64,000 nucleotides of DNA from Balanoglossus misakiensis (Eukaryota; Animalia; Hemichordata), in the NCBI GenBank assembly GCA_040954595.2, contig CM082597.2, positions 1,222,886 through 1,286,885 of the forward strand, given 5' to 3'. Under the pieces are notes generated by a model. That model saw only the letters and a program-made list of their open reading frames with translations, was not told the DNA's origin and made no database searches. A program made the translations under genes and the position numbers. Every line of letters starts with the position of its first letter. The stretch's first letter is position 1. Below are positions 26,991 through 40,028 of the stretch, piece after piece.

Positions 26991-29900
26991 GAGTTTCTCG
27001 TTTTCGGGTTGGGGCTTTTTCTTTCACTCATTCGCTGCGGGAGTAAATTGTTACTTCACAATAAGACTGTATCACCCACTGATGGTTTCTTTATATTTTC
27101 ACCGGCTGCTGAGGTTTTTCTTAACTGTCCCATGGAAATCACTGTGCACACTGCTGTTTTTGGTCACAAAGCACACCTTTTGTGCCACTCATAATATTTA
27201 CTTTGCACATTGCTGATGATCTCATGGTCTTTTGTGCGGCGAGTCATTGTGCCGTTTCACCGACCGTAACTCAGAGCCTGGCCGCGGCTCCGAAGAAGTG
27301 CCCTCACTCTGTGTCGATCAAAGACTACCCAAGCGGAAATTTCAGCCCCAATACCGAACGCTTCTCAACCAGTGGGAAGGCGTGCGACCGGTGAAATAGC
27401 GACTTAGATCGGCTCCACACGGGATGAAAGACCACTTTGTCTGCGCGGAGACACTTCCTAAGCACACCAACATCACAGACTCCAAAAGAAATTCTTCCAG
27501 ATAATGATCGACTCAAGAATTTTCCCACCTAGCAATTTTCTACGACATCACTTTTCACACAGTCACTGGCCCTTCCTGAACTTTCTGCTTGGTTGATGCT
27601 CATGTGCCCGTGTCTGTAGTCTGCATTTTTTTGGCGGCGACGGGTGGGGGGATGGAGGGCTCCACCTACACACATCCATCATTAGAAACTTTAGAGGAAA
27701 CCTTTTTTGACCAGCGCAAACAACAGATCAATCAGAAGAACCCAGACATTTTAACTTTAAACTTTTCATCAATCCAGTCCAAAAATATATTTTATCGAAT
27801 ATAAAGTTACCTGCCAAGACTTGAATTAATTTTTCAATGATAACAATGCTGATTACTACAAAAGGGCTGAGTTGAAATACTGAGCAATTCTTCATGTTTC
27901 ACAGAGTAGAACAAGACGTTAGGAGCTTTAATCCTCAGTGTTACAACTCACCCTCCTATGCATCACTGGCAAGAGAGACACTACCTATCATACCAACGCA
28001 CTTAAAACTGTGTTCGCACTGAAAAGGGAACCTCGTTGCTTTCAAATCTAATTACACGACATAAAAGGCGGGCATTTCAGTGTGGCGACACAGAGTCCCT
28101 TCAACAAATTACACACAAGTAACTTTTGACAAGTATAACCACATCAAATTGCTTTTGGAGACCGACAGGAACCATTCAGAACACACCATTTTACACCACC
28201 CAGCATACAAGCGTGGTGGAAGCACAAATTCTAATCTTCGGTGAAAATAAACCTGGTATTTCATTTTAAATTCAGCGTATACCTGGCATACTGAACGCTT
28301 CGCTCAAAAAACTCATCGATGCCGCTAAAAAATCTGGTAGTTGAAATTTCTCAAACACTCACCTGCACTGGAAATTACTGCCCAGCCCTTCCAACGATCC
28401 TAACACAAGTTACTATACAAGACTGTCAAGGTCTTCTCACTCAGCTCAGATATAAATCTGCAGTGATAATGTCCTACGAAGCAAAAGATGCAAAATGAAC
28501 TAATTATTCACCAGGAAACGTTGACCTGAAAGACAGCATTGTTCATGTCGACGGCTGGTCTAATTTATCTAATTTATACAAATTAAACACTACAATTCCT
28601 TCTCTATATCCCGATAACGGTAAAGTTTTTCTGATGGGCTGTATGGAAACTCAGGCTTTCAAAGATTTTTTAAAACAATGTTTAATAGAGTGCTTTGCCT
28701 TAAGAAAAAGTGTCCAGTCTGGTTTATACAGTTTTCAAAAATGTCTGGTTTACAGAGTGCATGGAGATTCCTCCAAAGTCCGGAAGAGCCTGGGAAAATC
28801 ATCCATGACCAGGAAGGTCACAAGGGAAAGACGTCTATTCCCATTTCAGAAACCCAACTGGAATTGCTTTGACAACAGCCTGATGGCAATTCACTCCTTC
28901 AAGCTTTCAAGCAATCACCATGGCAACAGACCATGCAAGGACATGAGAACTCTCCCCCCAAAAAACTAGTTTTAATTGTGAGTTATTCTCTAAAGGAATT
29001 GGCTCAATAGGGTAATGCCTCATTGAAGAGATAAGGATTGTTGGATTATGGTATTCAAGAACCAAAGCTGAAACCAAGGTCGCATGTTGCTATTTTCGTG
29101 CTAGGTGAACTGAAAAAAATCTTGATGAAATCAGTCATCTCTAAACCAGAAGAAACCACCAACTTGTCACAAGCTGAATCCAGGCTTTGTAGATGTTGCT
29201 ATTGTTAATCTCTTCAATAGCTGCAGTATCACTTTTGTTCAACAGTTCCACTTTGACAAAGATTAGAATACAATGTTCACTCGCTTCAAGTCACTCAAAA
29301 TTCCCACACTTTCTTGGGATTTTTGAAGTGTCTTTCCAGGAGTATTTTAAAGCAAAAATTCCATTTACTGAGAGTGATTATTAAGTACAAAGATTTCAAG
29401 TTCTATATTTTAAATCATCATGAGGAATTAAGAGAAATAATTTGAGTGAAAACTGCATATTTTTCAAATTGCAATATTTTAAAATCAAAGCACAAAGTTT
29501 TTCAGGTCAGGACAGACACAGTGTGATCACAACAGCCATGAAGGACTCAACGCATTCCGCGTCTACAGAAATACAGACAGACAGAGAAATTACCACCACT
29601 TTACTCGGACAGGAAATGGTCAAAAGTGCTCTAATACACCACAAATTAAAAGTTATTTCCATCACAGACTCTGTCAGGGCCAGCCATTAAGATTTCACTC
29701 AGCATACATTTATCCAAAGTCTTGCCTCATAAATTGTTTCACATAAATAAACCTCGGAAGGCCATTAAGGACTGCATTGAGGCAGCGCCAACACTGGACC
29801 TTTTGCGAGCTATTACAGATCACCTTTGTACAGAAGTCCATTTCACTACATTGTCCGAAAGAGAAAAAGCTTTGAATGAACCAAAAGATGTCTTTCACGA

Positions 29901-31812
29901 TAGACTTGAGATTCTCTTTGATAAGATCCTGACAGCTTGTTTCAGTCACATTTTTTACCAAATCCAATTATTTTTTAACAGTAATTGTCATAAAAATCAT
30001 CAACTAAAGTAGAAAAACAAGACTTTGGCACCAAGACAACCGCCATACCTGATCACTGACCTGAACAACAAAACATACGCACCGCAAATTTCTAATCACA
30101 CAGAGAGTCCATGCGTGCAAGCTTTAGGTAAACAAACCTGATGAACGTTTTTTGTTACCAATTTACTCAAGTATACAAAATAATGTAAACACAAATACTC
30201 CACCAAACAACTCAAATTGTCTCATCTATTGTTCCTTCCATTTTGTGTACTTTTCTTTTTAGAAACAAATTGGAACAAGGACACACTCGATACCACATTA
30301 CTCAACTTTGTATCAAGTTAGGAAACAGCTATCCCTGTATCCAACAGTTTGCAAATACACACACTTTTCCTAAAATTCTTGCCTATGTATGTGATAAACA
30401 TTTTGTACTTTTGTTGCTTTCAAACAACGAAGTGCACTGCACTCTTTGAAAAAATATTTTGAAGTTCTGATGCCAATTCATTTCTGCAGGAAAAACGATA
30501 AACACAGCTGCGTTAGGTGGGTGTAATCATTGCAATTCCTGAAAGACTGAAAGGTAGCGATCGTCACTACCGATGCTAATTTTGTTTAATCCACTGAATA
30601 CTGCAGGCCTATGCTTTGACAAATATAACACTAATACTACAATCTTGTCTAGATCACCTCATTTTAAACCTATGATCCCAGATTATTTCTGCTTCAGAGC
30701 GTCAATTTAAGAGTTTTGTAACACAATATGTTCACTCTTTATATACCTTAATTCCCAATAAATGAAACTAAACAGACAATAACACACTGTGGGATTTACA
30801 GAGAGTGTTGGCCGACGGACGATTAAAAAAACAGCACTGGAGTCGAAAGCTGAAAATTTACAGGAGGAAGAATGATGGAAACAACTTACACAAACAGCAA
30901 AGAATATCTTCAGTTGTGTTTCCTATGAGGGTAACACCTCTGATTGATACCAAGAACTTTCAAGTCGGTGGCAGTTATGTCAATACACATATACTAACTG
31001 CATCACAATGCTTGTCTCTCTTCAGTGCGTCCACAGCAGACTTTTGAGGGTAAGCCAAAATGTCAACACAAACCTCTGTCTGCTGTCCAATAGACTGTTT
31101 CAATGTTTTCACAGGTCCTGTCAGATCGCTGGATAAGCAAAAAAGGCTTGCACAAGTCGGAACATCAAACGCTCTCACCCAATAGCTCTTGGAATCACTT
31201 TGCAATCAAGTTGAATATGCGCGTCTTTTCGGCTACCTTGGTCCCGTCGGATGAGCACGCAAGTTTTTTTTTCCGTTTCCGTCCGTCAAAAAAGTGATCC
31301 TTGATCAAAGGCGAGTAAAAATCTTCACAACGAAGTAAGAGAAATCAAACTCTAGAATTCAGTGGCACTGGGGTGTTACGTGCAAAAGTTTGAGAAACCA
31401 GACAACTGTTCTCTCTCTTACTTTCAACACGTGAATGACTCGTCTCGCAAGAAAAGCGCTTAATCTCATCAAAAGATATGACTGTCATTCAAATCTATTC
31501 GATGTTTAGAAACACTGAAGGCCATTACTGTGCTTTACCAATTGCAACCACTTTTAAAAGAAACCAAAGTTCTGAATCTCTGCCAATTACAGGCCGTATT
31601 CCTCCCGTTGATGAAACTTCAGAACAAACGATTATTCGCGTGAAGGGGGATGGATGACGCACGCTGATCTTGAAGGCAGTGTTCCAGTTCTTGCTTCTTG
31701 ATTTCATACCAGTCAGGAGCTTAGAACAACATAAGTCTTGACAGCAAAAGCTGATTAAATTGAATGATGATTAATCTGAGCTATTAGAATCCACTTGGAA
31801 AATCTCACTTAC

Positions 31813-31839
31813 GCTCTGGTGAGTCTGCAAACACCTCTC
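31813..31839 (-). other. Candidate 27-nt microexon
   Basis: Acceptor GATTCCATTTACAG at 31840 and donor AGC|GTAAGTG at 31812. Exon GAGAGGTGTTTGCAGACTCACCAGAGC has no stop in any frame. Confidence 0.4.
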
Positions 31840-33343
31840 CTGTAAATGGAATCGGCCAGATTTGGCAACAAATTAACTAGAAAGTATCTAAATGAGAATG
31901 ACCAACCAATCAGCTCTATGAAAGAAGCTTAGTAGAAAGTTGTTACCAAATCCCTTGGAATGTTGCCAAGATTTGTTTTATCTGACAGAGTCTAGAACAC
32001 AGAACTTGATAATCTTCATTAAGGAGTTCTGGGTATTTTCGTCATTTTCTTATCATTGCAGACAAGTGCCAGAAAAGCTTTGGGGGTATAATTTTCATTT
32101 TGAAAGATGAACTTTGCTTTTCAAGTTCTAAAATATCGATGTTAATCTTCAATACTGGTTCTCATCAGTTGTTCTGTAATTGGATGATCATCATTTTTGG
32201 GGAGAGAGCAAGAGGAGAGGTGAACAGATTGAGATTGCTCTTAAACATTTTTCACTTCTTCTGTGATTATCAGAAATACCAGTCTAACTTGACTTGACAA
32301 TCATCCCCCCCCCCCCCACACACACACACTGTCCGGTGGCTGACCTCACCAAACAGGTTTGCAGTCTTATCTCATTTATTTTCTCACAACCTTTTGGACA
32401 GCTCCTCATCCAGACAACAGATGCCCAACAGGTGTTTCTTTCAATTATGGATCACCTTGTACCCTTCAGAGCATGCAACTTCTAGTTTCAGAGAGTTTAA
32501 AATTGGTATAGCAGACAAAATAAAGATGTTTTTCAGAAAAAACTCAATGGGTGGTCATTTTCAGCAATTAATCTTAAGACATTTGACACCAAATATTTTA
32601 CATAAATGTCACAAAAATTTAAAACAAAAGAGCTGTTATTCTATGCTGATATTTTATCTTTTGAAAAGTATTGAAATGTCTCAGAGTGGTCACCAATAGA
32701 TCGGATGTTATGTCTTGGTAATGAAGAACCTTGCTTGGAGACAGATTTTCCCAGAGTTAAAATAAAACACATCAGAAATCTTTCAGAGTGCGTAGACTAT
32801 ACAACTGATATCAGTATTTTGCAATTTAAAGGTTCCTTCAGTTATTATATTCTTGGTGAAAAAAATGATGTTTCAGTTCTATCACAGTTACTACAATTAT
32901 TAAAGTCTACTGAAGCTCTTCAGTAGAACGATAATCAACTCGACAGGGAACACTTGACTGAAATGAAAGTGGGAATGTTCTGGAGGCAAATATAAGTTGA
33001 TGCGCGTCAACATCATAAACAAAACAGGTGTTGACAGATGTTCCGTCAACTTCTGAGTCCTCGGATTGGTGGAGTTCTCCTGTCCGGCAGATCAGTTACA
33101 CTAGGCTATTTATGTTATTTTCCGACAGCAAAGATCATCGGAAGTGGAGGGCACACTTTACGATGATGAATCGCTTCAACTCTGATCTGATCTGACACAG
33201 AGGGCTTACTTCCCTGACCCACGTGGAAATGTGAATGTAAATCTAGAATTGATCAGGGGGCAGTCAAAATACTGTAGTCAAGAAAGAGTCTGTGCCATCA
33301 ATTTTTGATAGTCATGACTTTAAAACCAGAAAAAAATGTTGTT

Positions 33344-33360
33344 ATGATGATGATGATGAA

Positions 33361-33402
<42 letters not shown>
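33344..33402. repeat. (GAT)n microsatellite
   Basis: ~19 ATG/GAT triplets with one interruption. It explains the poly-Met ORF at 33305-33508. Confidence 0.98.
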
Positions 33403-33403
<1 letters not shown>

Positions 33404-33508
33404 CTCATGTTTTTAATTATAATGGGTGGTCATTTAGTATGTTTCAATGAGCAGAATAACATAAATGTAATCAAAATACTGGTAAAAGTTAGAGACACTG
33501 TCCCTTAA

Positions 33509-33593
33509 CACTTCCACCCCCAGTTCCCTCTTCAGAGGTCCAACCTTACCATAGGAAACAATAGGGTTGGACTAAACCATGGTGGTGAAAGGG
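33509..33593 (-). mobile_element. 85-bp piggyBac-like MITE, reverse orientation
   Basis: TTAA-CACTTCCACCCCCAGTTCCCTC...AAACCATGGTGGTGAAAGGG-TTAC is the reverse complement of the 53706 copy. Confidence 0.85.
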
Positions 33594-35750
33594 TTACAAG
33601 AAGTCCAGAACCAGATAGTAGCAACAATTCCCTCTGCAGATCGCTTACAAGTATATACAAGCCAGTACACGTGTAAACCAATACTCCTAACCACATGACA
33701 CTGCAATATGTTTGAAAACAGATCGCAAATGTAATATTTTAAAACCAGATAACAAAATTGTTATCTTCTTACAGTGAAAAAGATACATAGGCCATGCGCG
33801 CTCAGTTTACAGTGAAACACAAGCTGGACAATTGAACCTTCAGTCAGGCTAACTTTCCTCATACTGGCCAAATCCCTCTAGAATACAAGCAACACAAACA
33901 CATGCATACACACACAAGCACAGCCCAGCTATGGGTATTCCCTTAAACATATCAAATTCATCACAAATTGAAAGATTCCACACATAGGTATTTATTGCGG
34001 CCAGTTGTAGCCACTTGCTAGCAGTGGGCGATACCAAACAAGAAAGGGGAGGTCAAGTAAACTTTTTGATATATTTCTTGTAATCTATACTAAATAGATG
34101 TGTGTGGTTGTAGACAAGGTTAATAAATATTAAACTTGAAGTCTTTTTTAGACAGTCTTATGTCTGAAATCACTGACCAATCTTGCCATTCCACAATGCA
34201 TGAAGTGGGAAGATAAGTTTCTGAAGAATGAAAAAAGTTTTATATATAAGTATCTCTAGTTGCTTTGATGACTGCACCCCTAGACATACAATCAAATGAA
34301 ATAATCCTACTAATGTTATGAAGCACATTCCAATTTGTGAGGCAACAAGGGGTGACAGGCTGTCTTCATCAAGAGCAAGGTGACCTGACCTGATTTCAAC
34401 TTGACAGTGGTGTAATGTCACCGAGAAAGTTTGTGTTGACTGCCTCAAGGCTATGTGCTTGATATCAGCCTATTATTGCTCTCCAAATGTCAACATACAG
34501 ACCATACCATCTGCTGATACTTTGTGTCAATGTCAACAAACTTGGGTCTTGTATTGCGAGACGTCTCTCCAGGCCAAAATTCCTGCTCCGCAATCCATAA
34601 AATGCTGACACCCCAGACCGGCTAATTCCCAGTTTATTTTTAGAATAAACCGTATCATCTCAATGAAAAATAAAACCGTAATCATTTGAACAATTTCATT
34701 AAGACAGCATGGATTAGAGAGACCAAACTCGCAAAGACAAGGGATGGGCTAGCTTTGATTGACAGGGGCTGTGTCGTTACCGACTGTGCTTCTAAACGTA
34801 TCCCTTCTTATTTCCATAGGCTAACACACCACTGGTTCCACAGATCCTTACTTGGAGCTTAAACTTGTCAACAAACAAACAAAACAAATATTACTTTTTA
34901 TTGACAAATACAAACACAAACACAAAACACTAACAAACAAATGGGGAAGATGGTTTCATGTCGTAAGGCTCTCCAACTTAAAATGGCCAATTGTGAACTT
35001 CAATAGCATGTCGATCTGTTTTTCAAAAGCACCTCCATGTACCTGGCCCTACATATTCCAAAACACATCCTTCATTCTGGACAACACTTCCACATATGCA
35101 CACTTTCAAAGGGGCAAGGCTGATGTTTACTGAAGAATGCTAGGTCTAATATTTACACCTGTACCCTGGCTTTGAAAGGATGTTGCATAGCTTTGATGGC
35201 ATGCTTCACATGTTTTCTGTAAAAGCTGATGGCCGTAACCTACTCAGCCACAGAAAATGGATGTGGACGGACAAAAGAGAGGCTCGCGGTTCCTTCACAT
35301 CCTTTGTACAAACATGGTGGGCTTGCCATTTCGTTTTGATTTGCATGAGTTCACATGGTACACCTGTCTTGCCCACAGCCAATGACACTGTACAAGTGTC
35401 AGACAAATGGATTGCTTGGTTTATTTGAGTAAAACTTCATTCAAGAGCAGTGCAAATATTGCAGGCCCTTGTCAATCATTACAACCACTATTGTACACTG
35501 CCCTCTATGTTCATACATTCGAACCTGAAGCTATTCCATATAACTGAAACAATTTCCAGTTTCTGGCACATGTTCTGTACTTAATACTTTTTATTGCAAA
35601 CCTCAGGACCAAAATGAACTAAACATCCCAATCTCCTCAGTACTCAACTATCATCATCAACTTTCACAGATGTTTTTTACCATCTTTTTCTTCACTGTCA
35701 CTGAACTCAGCACATTTTCACCAACCTCTTAAGAATCGCCGGACAAAAAA

Positions 35751-35766
35751 AAGATGGCCGCCATGT
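35751..35766. promoter_or_regulatory. Overlapping YY1-type motifs
   Basis: AAGATGGCCGCCATGT contains AAGATGGC on + and ACATGGCGG on -. Confidence 0.35.
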
Positions 35767-38700
35767 AACAGGTGATGGGTTCACTGACCGATAATTCTAT
35801 TGAAACACACCACTCACATCCTTGACATCCTTATCTCATCAAAACTCTCACAAATTTACAAACTTTTGTAACTTTTCGGAGAAAAGCCCGTTCCTTGTGA
35901 GCCACACAGATTAACTTCCCACCACACAAAAGAAACGGACCAAAATAATCATTCGATATTACATAATATGAAAACCCGGCCACAAATTCTGCGTTTCAGA
36001 CAAATCCGACATTGTTTTCATTGTTTATAAACTATCCTCTTATCTACTTATCTTAAGACTACCTTCTTCAACAACTGTCGAAAGTGCAGATTTTGCAAAC
36101 AGCTGTGTTACTACATGTGAGAATATTTTGACCCACAAGATGTGCACGGTTACATATTGAATTTGATCAAACATAAAAAAGATTGATTACAAAATTATAA
36201 AAAATCCCCCACAAACTTAAAAAGTCGTTTTTTTCACACACAATAGCTGTTATTTAGAAGATCACTATCACTGGGTCCAATAAAGAAACAAACAGTTGGC
36301 ACAACTCCAAAGTTTTCGAACAAAAGATGGGATTTGCAGTGTCCAACTGTGGAAGATTGGCAATTTCAACAGATTTGACGACAAATGTGTCAATGGACGC
36401 ACGTGTACATAGCTGGAGGACTTTTGCCAGAGGTGGAAGCGAGAGCATCATACCGTCTTCTCTCCACTTCTCTGGCAGCCGGAATTTCACATTCTCAATT
36501 CCAACTTGCAAACTAGTTTATTGGACGTTGCAAGTTTCTGAACAGCAGTTATCCATGGACACAATTACATGTCAGAGACATGTGGGAAAATATCTTTGTT
36601 TTCATGCCATAATTCTTTTTTAGAAAACAACAAACTAACAAAAATATGTTCACAAACCTCAAAAAGGTCTTCTCTCCATGATGCCAACAAATTTCCAAAT
36701 GTTTTCTCGGAATCTGTACCAGTCTGCAAACTATCTGCAATTAAACAGAGACCAGTAACAAACATGAATGAAGTTTATAAAGATGTAACATACCAAAAGA
36801 AATCAATCATCAATGAACTATTTCTCTGTATTACCCATGTGAGAAAAGTAGGTTATCTCAGTGTTGGAAGCAGACTTTGTTCTATACTGCGTTTGAGAAA
36901 CAATTCTCAAGTGAACGGGCAGCAGACCTATTATGAGTCAAACCTTAGACATACTTTTTAAAATATTTTCACTGTCTTTAGGGACTACTCCATCTCTCGC
37001 AAAGCTGGAGAGGTCGAACATGAACGGTAATTATGAGAGCAAAATAGAAATGGATGATAAGGCCAACGAGTGTGACGTGCACCAGAGGTTCCAACTATGC
37101 ATTAGATTGTAATTTTATAATCATCACCTCTGCTGCCCTTCAGTGCAAAACTGCATGTGCCGTGGGGCTTTCATGAATTTTTCATGCTTCGGTTCTGAGC
37201 TTTTCGTTGCTGTTGGGAACTCGGAAACATTTAGTGGCTAATATACATGTACAGGAATATATATTTAGCACCATCAACCACCCCTACCACCACAAAACTT
37301 GGGTCAGTCCATCCTTTGTTTCCAAAGATGACACTGGACCAACATACAGGAAAGGGGGGTCTGATTCTCAGAATGAATCAAGCTAATTTAAAACCCCAGC
37401 ATCTTTTACCGGAAATCTCTGACATCATCACAGAAGTACACACTCATTCAGTCATCATTTTAAATGCACTAGCTGTTATCAATAAGTCAAAAATCACTGA
37501 AATAATATTAAGTTTGATATCTTAAAAGACAAAAGAACCATAAATATATTAGAACACACTGGTAGAAAATGCACTATACTGCATACCCTGCAGCATAACA
37601 ATACAATTGTATGATTATTAATTTCCCCAAGGCACTACGCACATCGTCTTCCACATGACCTGACCACTCCAAGCAAAAACAAGACTTGACATATTGAACC
37701 AGAGGCTTACAAAATCAAAACTCTAGGGATTCAATATTCTAGGTGAAAAAATGAAGCCAATTTGTCCTACTCAAGTGATACAAATCCAACCACAGATTCC
37801 ATATATTCTTTCTAGATTTTTTCACTGTACATATCGAATGCAATTGATAATCAATTATTTGTTTTAGAAAACATAATTTGTCACACCTGAATCGCAGATC
37901 TATAAACTAAATATAAACTCACATGCTGCAATTTAAATACTGTCTGCAATAGATCATACCTTTGTTGTTTTCAATGATGCCAAACTATATTTTACTTGTT
38001 GGAAACAAGAGAGGAGGAAAGTCTACAGTTTTACTTCCAGGATGTAGCGAACTTAATGACGTAATCAGAATTTAAACAGTAAGCCTTGCATTCATTCATA
38101 TTCATTTGGAAGAGATAAGAAAGATTTTTCGTGAATGATCTACCACTTGTGCATACAGGTCCTTACATGTATATATGGTAATTGATTAGCCTGCAGCTAG
38201 AAACTGATAAATAATAGCTTAATCTGCCTCCATTTGCAGATTAACGTAAAAAAAAGTTTTCAGGAAAAAAGGTACAGTATCGGATTTGACAATGGCCTCA
38301 GGCAGTACAGTGCTGCACATGAAAATCCACTAAATGAATCAAAGGTTTAACCTGTATTAGGGAGATTACGACAGATAAATATTCAATACTCCAGAAAAGC
38401 ATAGGTGGGTTCACCCCCGCATCCAAGTAAAATCCTCCAATTTGGCATACAAAAGACATAAGAATGCCTTAAACTGTTTCTGAAAATAGGGGCTGTGGGT
38501 GTTATAGCCTGCAGTGTTGGAGTCATCTGAGCCATCAATTATGATCATTTCTGTGAAAACGGTGTACACGGTTTCATGTGCTGATTATTTCCCCTGAAGC
38601 CTCCGGCAAGAATATAATCACACAGATTGCACATACACAGAGAGTGGAGGCATGTAACAGATTCATTCCAGACAGTATACAATTGTCAGAGGCTGCTGTT

Positions 38701-39707
38701 TGCAGTAATTATTAAAAGTATTAGCGTTATTTCAGGATATCAGAATACAATCCTATAGAAATACAAAAACATGTAACAGACTAAAATTGATTATCATAAG
38801 ATGTGTATTAAGTAGAAAAAATCTAGCCTGCACGATTAAAAACACATCAGTTGTCTATACAAATGATAGTTTTGTGAATAAAAACAAGTCAGGCCTGTGA
38901 ACTATTGAAATAAGAGCATTGGAACTGGTCTCAACTCGTTCATAAAATTTACACTTGATTTATGTTTATGTCAAAGAGATTCATATGAGTATATACTGTT
39001 TGGTTAAAGTAACTCTGGAAATGAGACCAACGTGATGGCAGTAGGTAAGATGACAGAATCAACTTCATTTCACTTAGCATTAATTTCCTTGACTTTCACG
39101 ACGACAAAGCAAACGAGAGACTCTCTTGACAGAAATGCGCGTAGTACGCACAGGTGAATTACGCATCGACGATGAGTGCATTTGTTCGCCATGAAATATG
39201 AATGAGACTTCTTAATTACATGTCGAGTCCTACTTATGGTTTTACTTTTTCTTTTGTTCACTTTGTAAATTATTCAACAAATTTGTGGTCGCAAATTATT
39301 TTGATCATAAATAGTTAATTGACCTGTCCTTACAGAAACTTCACTCATACTGACATACATAGAGTTTCTGGAGAGACAAATGTATAATTTTCGCGAATCA
39401 AACCTAATACAAATTAAATGTAAAATCACTGTGAAGTTGACAGCTTTTAAATTCTACAATTTCCAGAAATGCATCTGAAACATATTAAATCTTCATGACA
39501 ATAAACAGTTTCAACTTTGGCTGTGCATCGTACTGGAAACATGATTTTGATGTATCTGGGTTGGCCTACCAACGCACAGCCGAGACTGAATCACAGGTCG
39601 TCAGTCAGCATTGAACAGAGAACAATGCAATGCTTTGTTCAAATACCATCACGGAGACACCACACTAACAATATGTACTCAACAGAATTAACTATAAACT
39701 CACTCAC

Positions 39708-39745
39708 CTCAGTTCAAAAATCAAAACATTTTCAGCATTTTTCAT
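39708..39745 (-). other. Candidate exon 3' end with short ORF start MKNAENVLIFEL (phase 2)
   Basis: Strong donor GAG|GTGAGTGAGT at 39707, and ATG at 39745 in AAAATC-ATG context. The 5' boundary is unknown. Confidence 0.3.
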
Positions 39746-39968
39746 GATTTTTGGGATATAAAACTGTCCTTCATTGCATGACAATCATCAAATGAATATG
39801 CACAAAATTCAACAACTGATGTCAAAAATATTACTCATATTGTCAAAAATCAAACTAATATTGTCTGACTTCAAAAATCGAGATCTGACTTCACACAACA
39901 AAGGATGATTAAAACAAAATAATCTGGTGCATCGACATAGATAGATGAATTGGTGAAAAAAGACTTAC

Positions 39969-40028
39969 ATGGAACGGGCGGGCACACGGCAGTCCAGACA
40001 ACCTTTGATAACACAATAACCCTCTCAA
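39969..40028 (-). other. Candidate 60-nt internal exon
   Basis: Acceptor CCCCTGCTTTCTCTGGGTTTTAG and donor CAT|GTAAGT. Length is a multiple of 3 and two frames are open. Confidence 0.4.

Noticed and set aside
29143-29175. SINE central-domain-like fragment (CCAGAAGAAACCACCAACTTGTCACAAG)
   Set aside because: It is too short, with no tRNA-derived head, tail or second copy in the window.
33163-33220. C/D-box snoRNA-like ATGATGA...CTGA
   Set aside because: It is too short, has no terminal stem next to the boxes, and is on the opposite strand to the inferred host transcript.
33305-33508. Poly-methionine protein ORF
   Set aside because: It is an artefact of the (GAT)n microsatellite.
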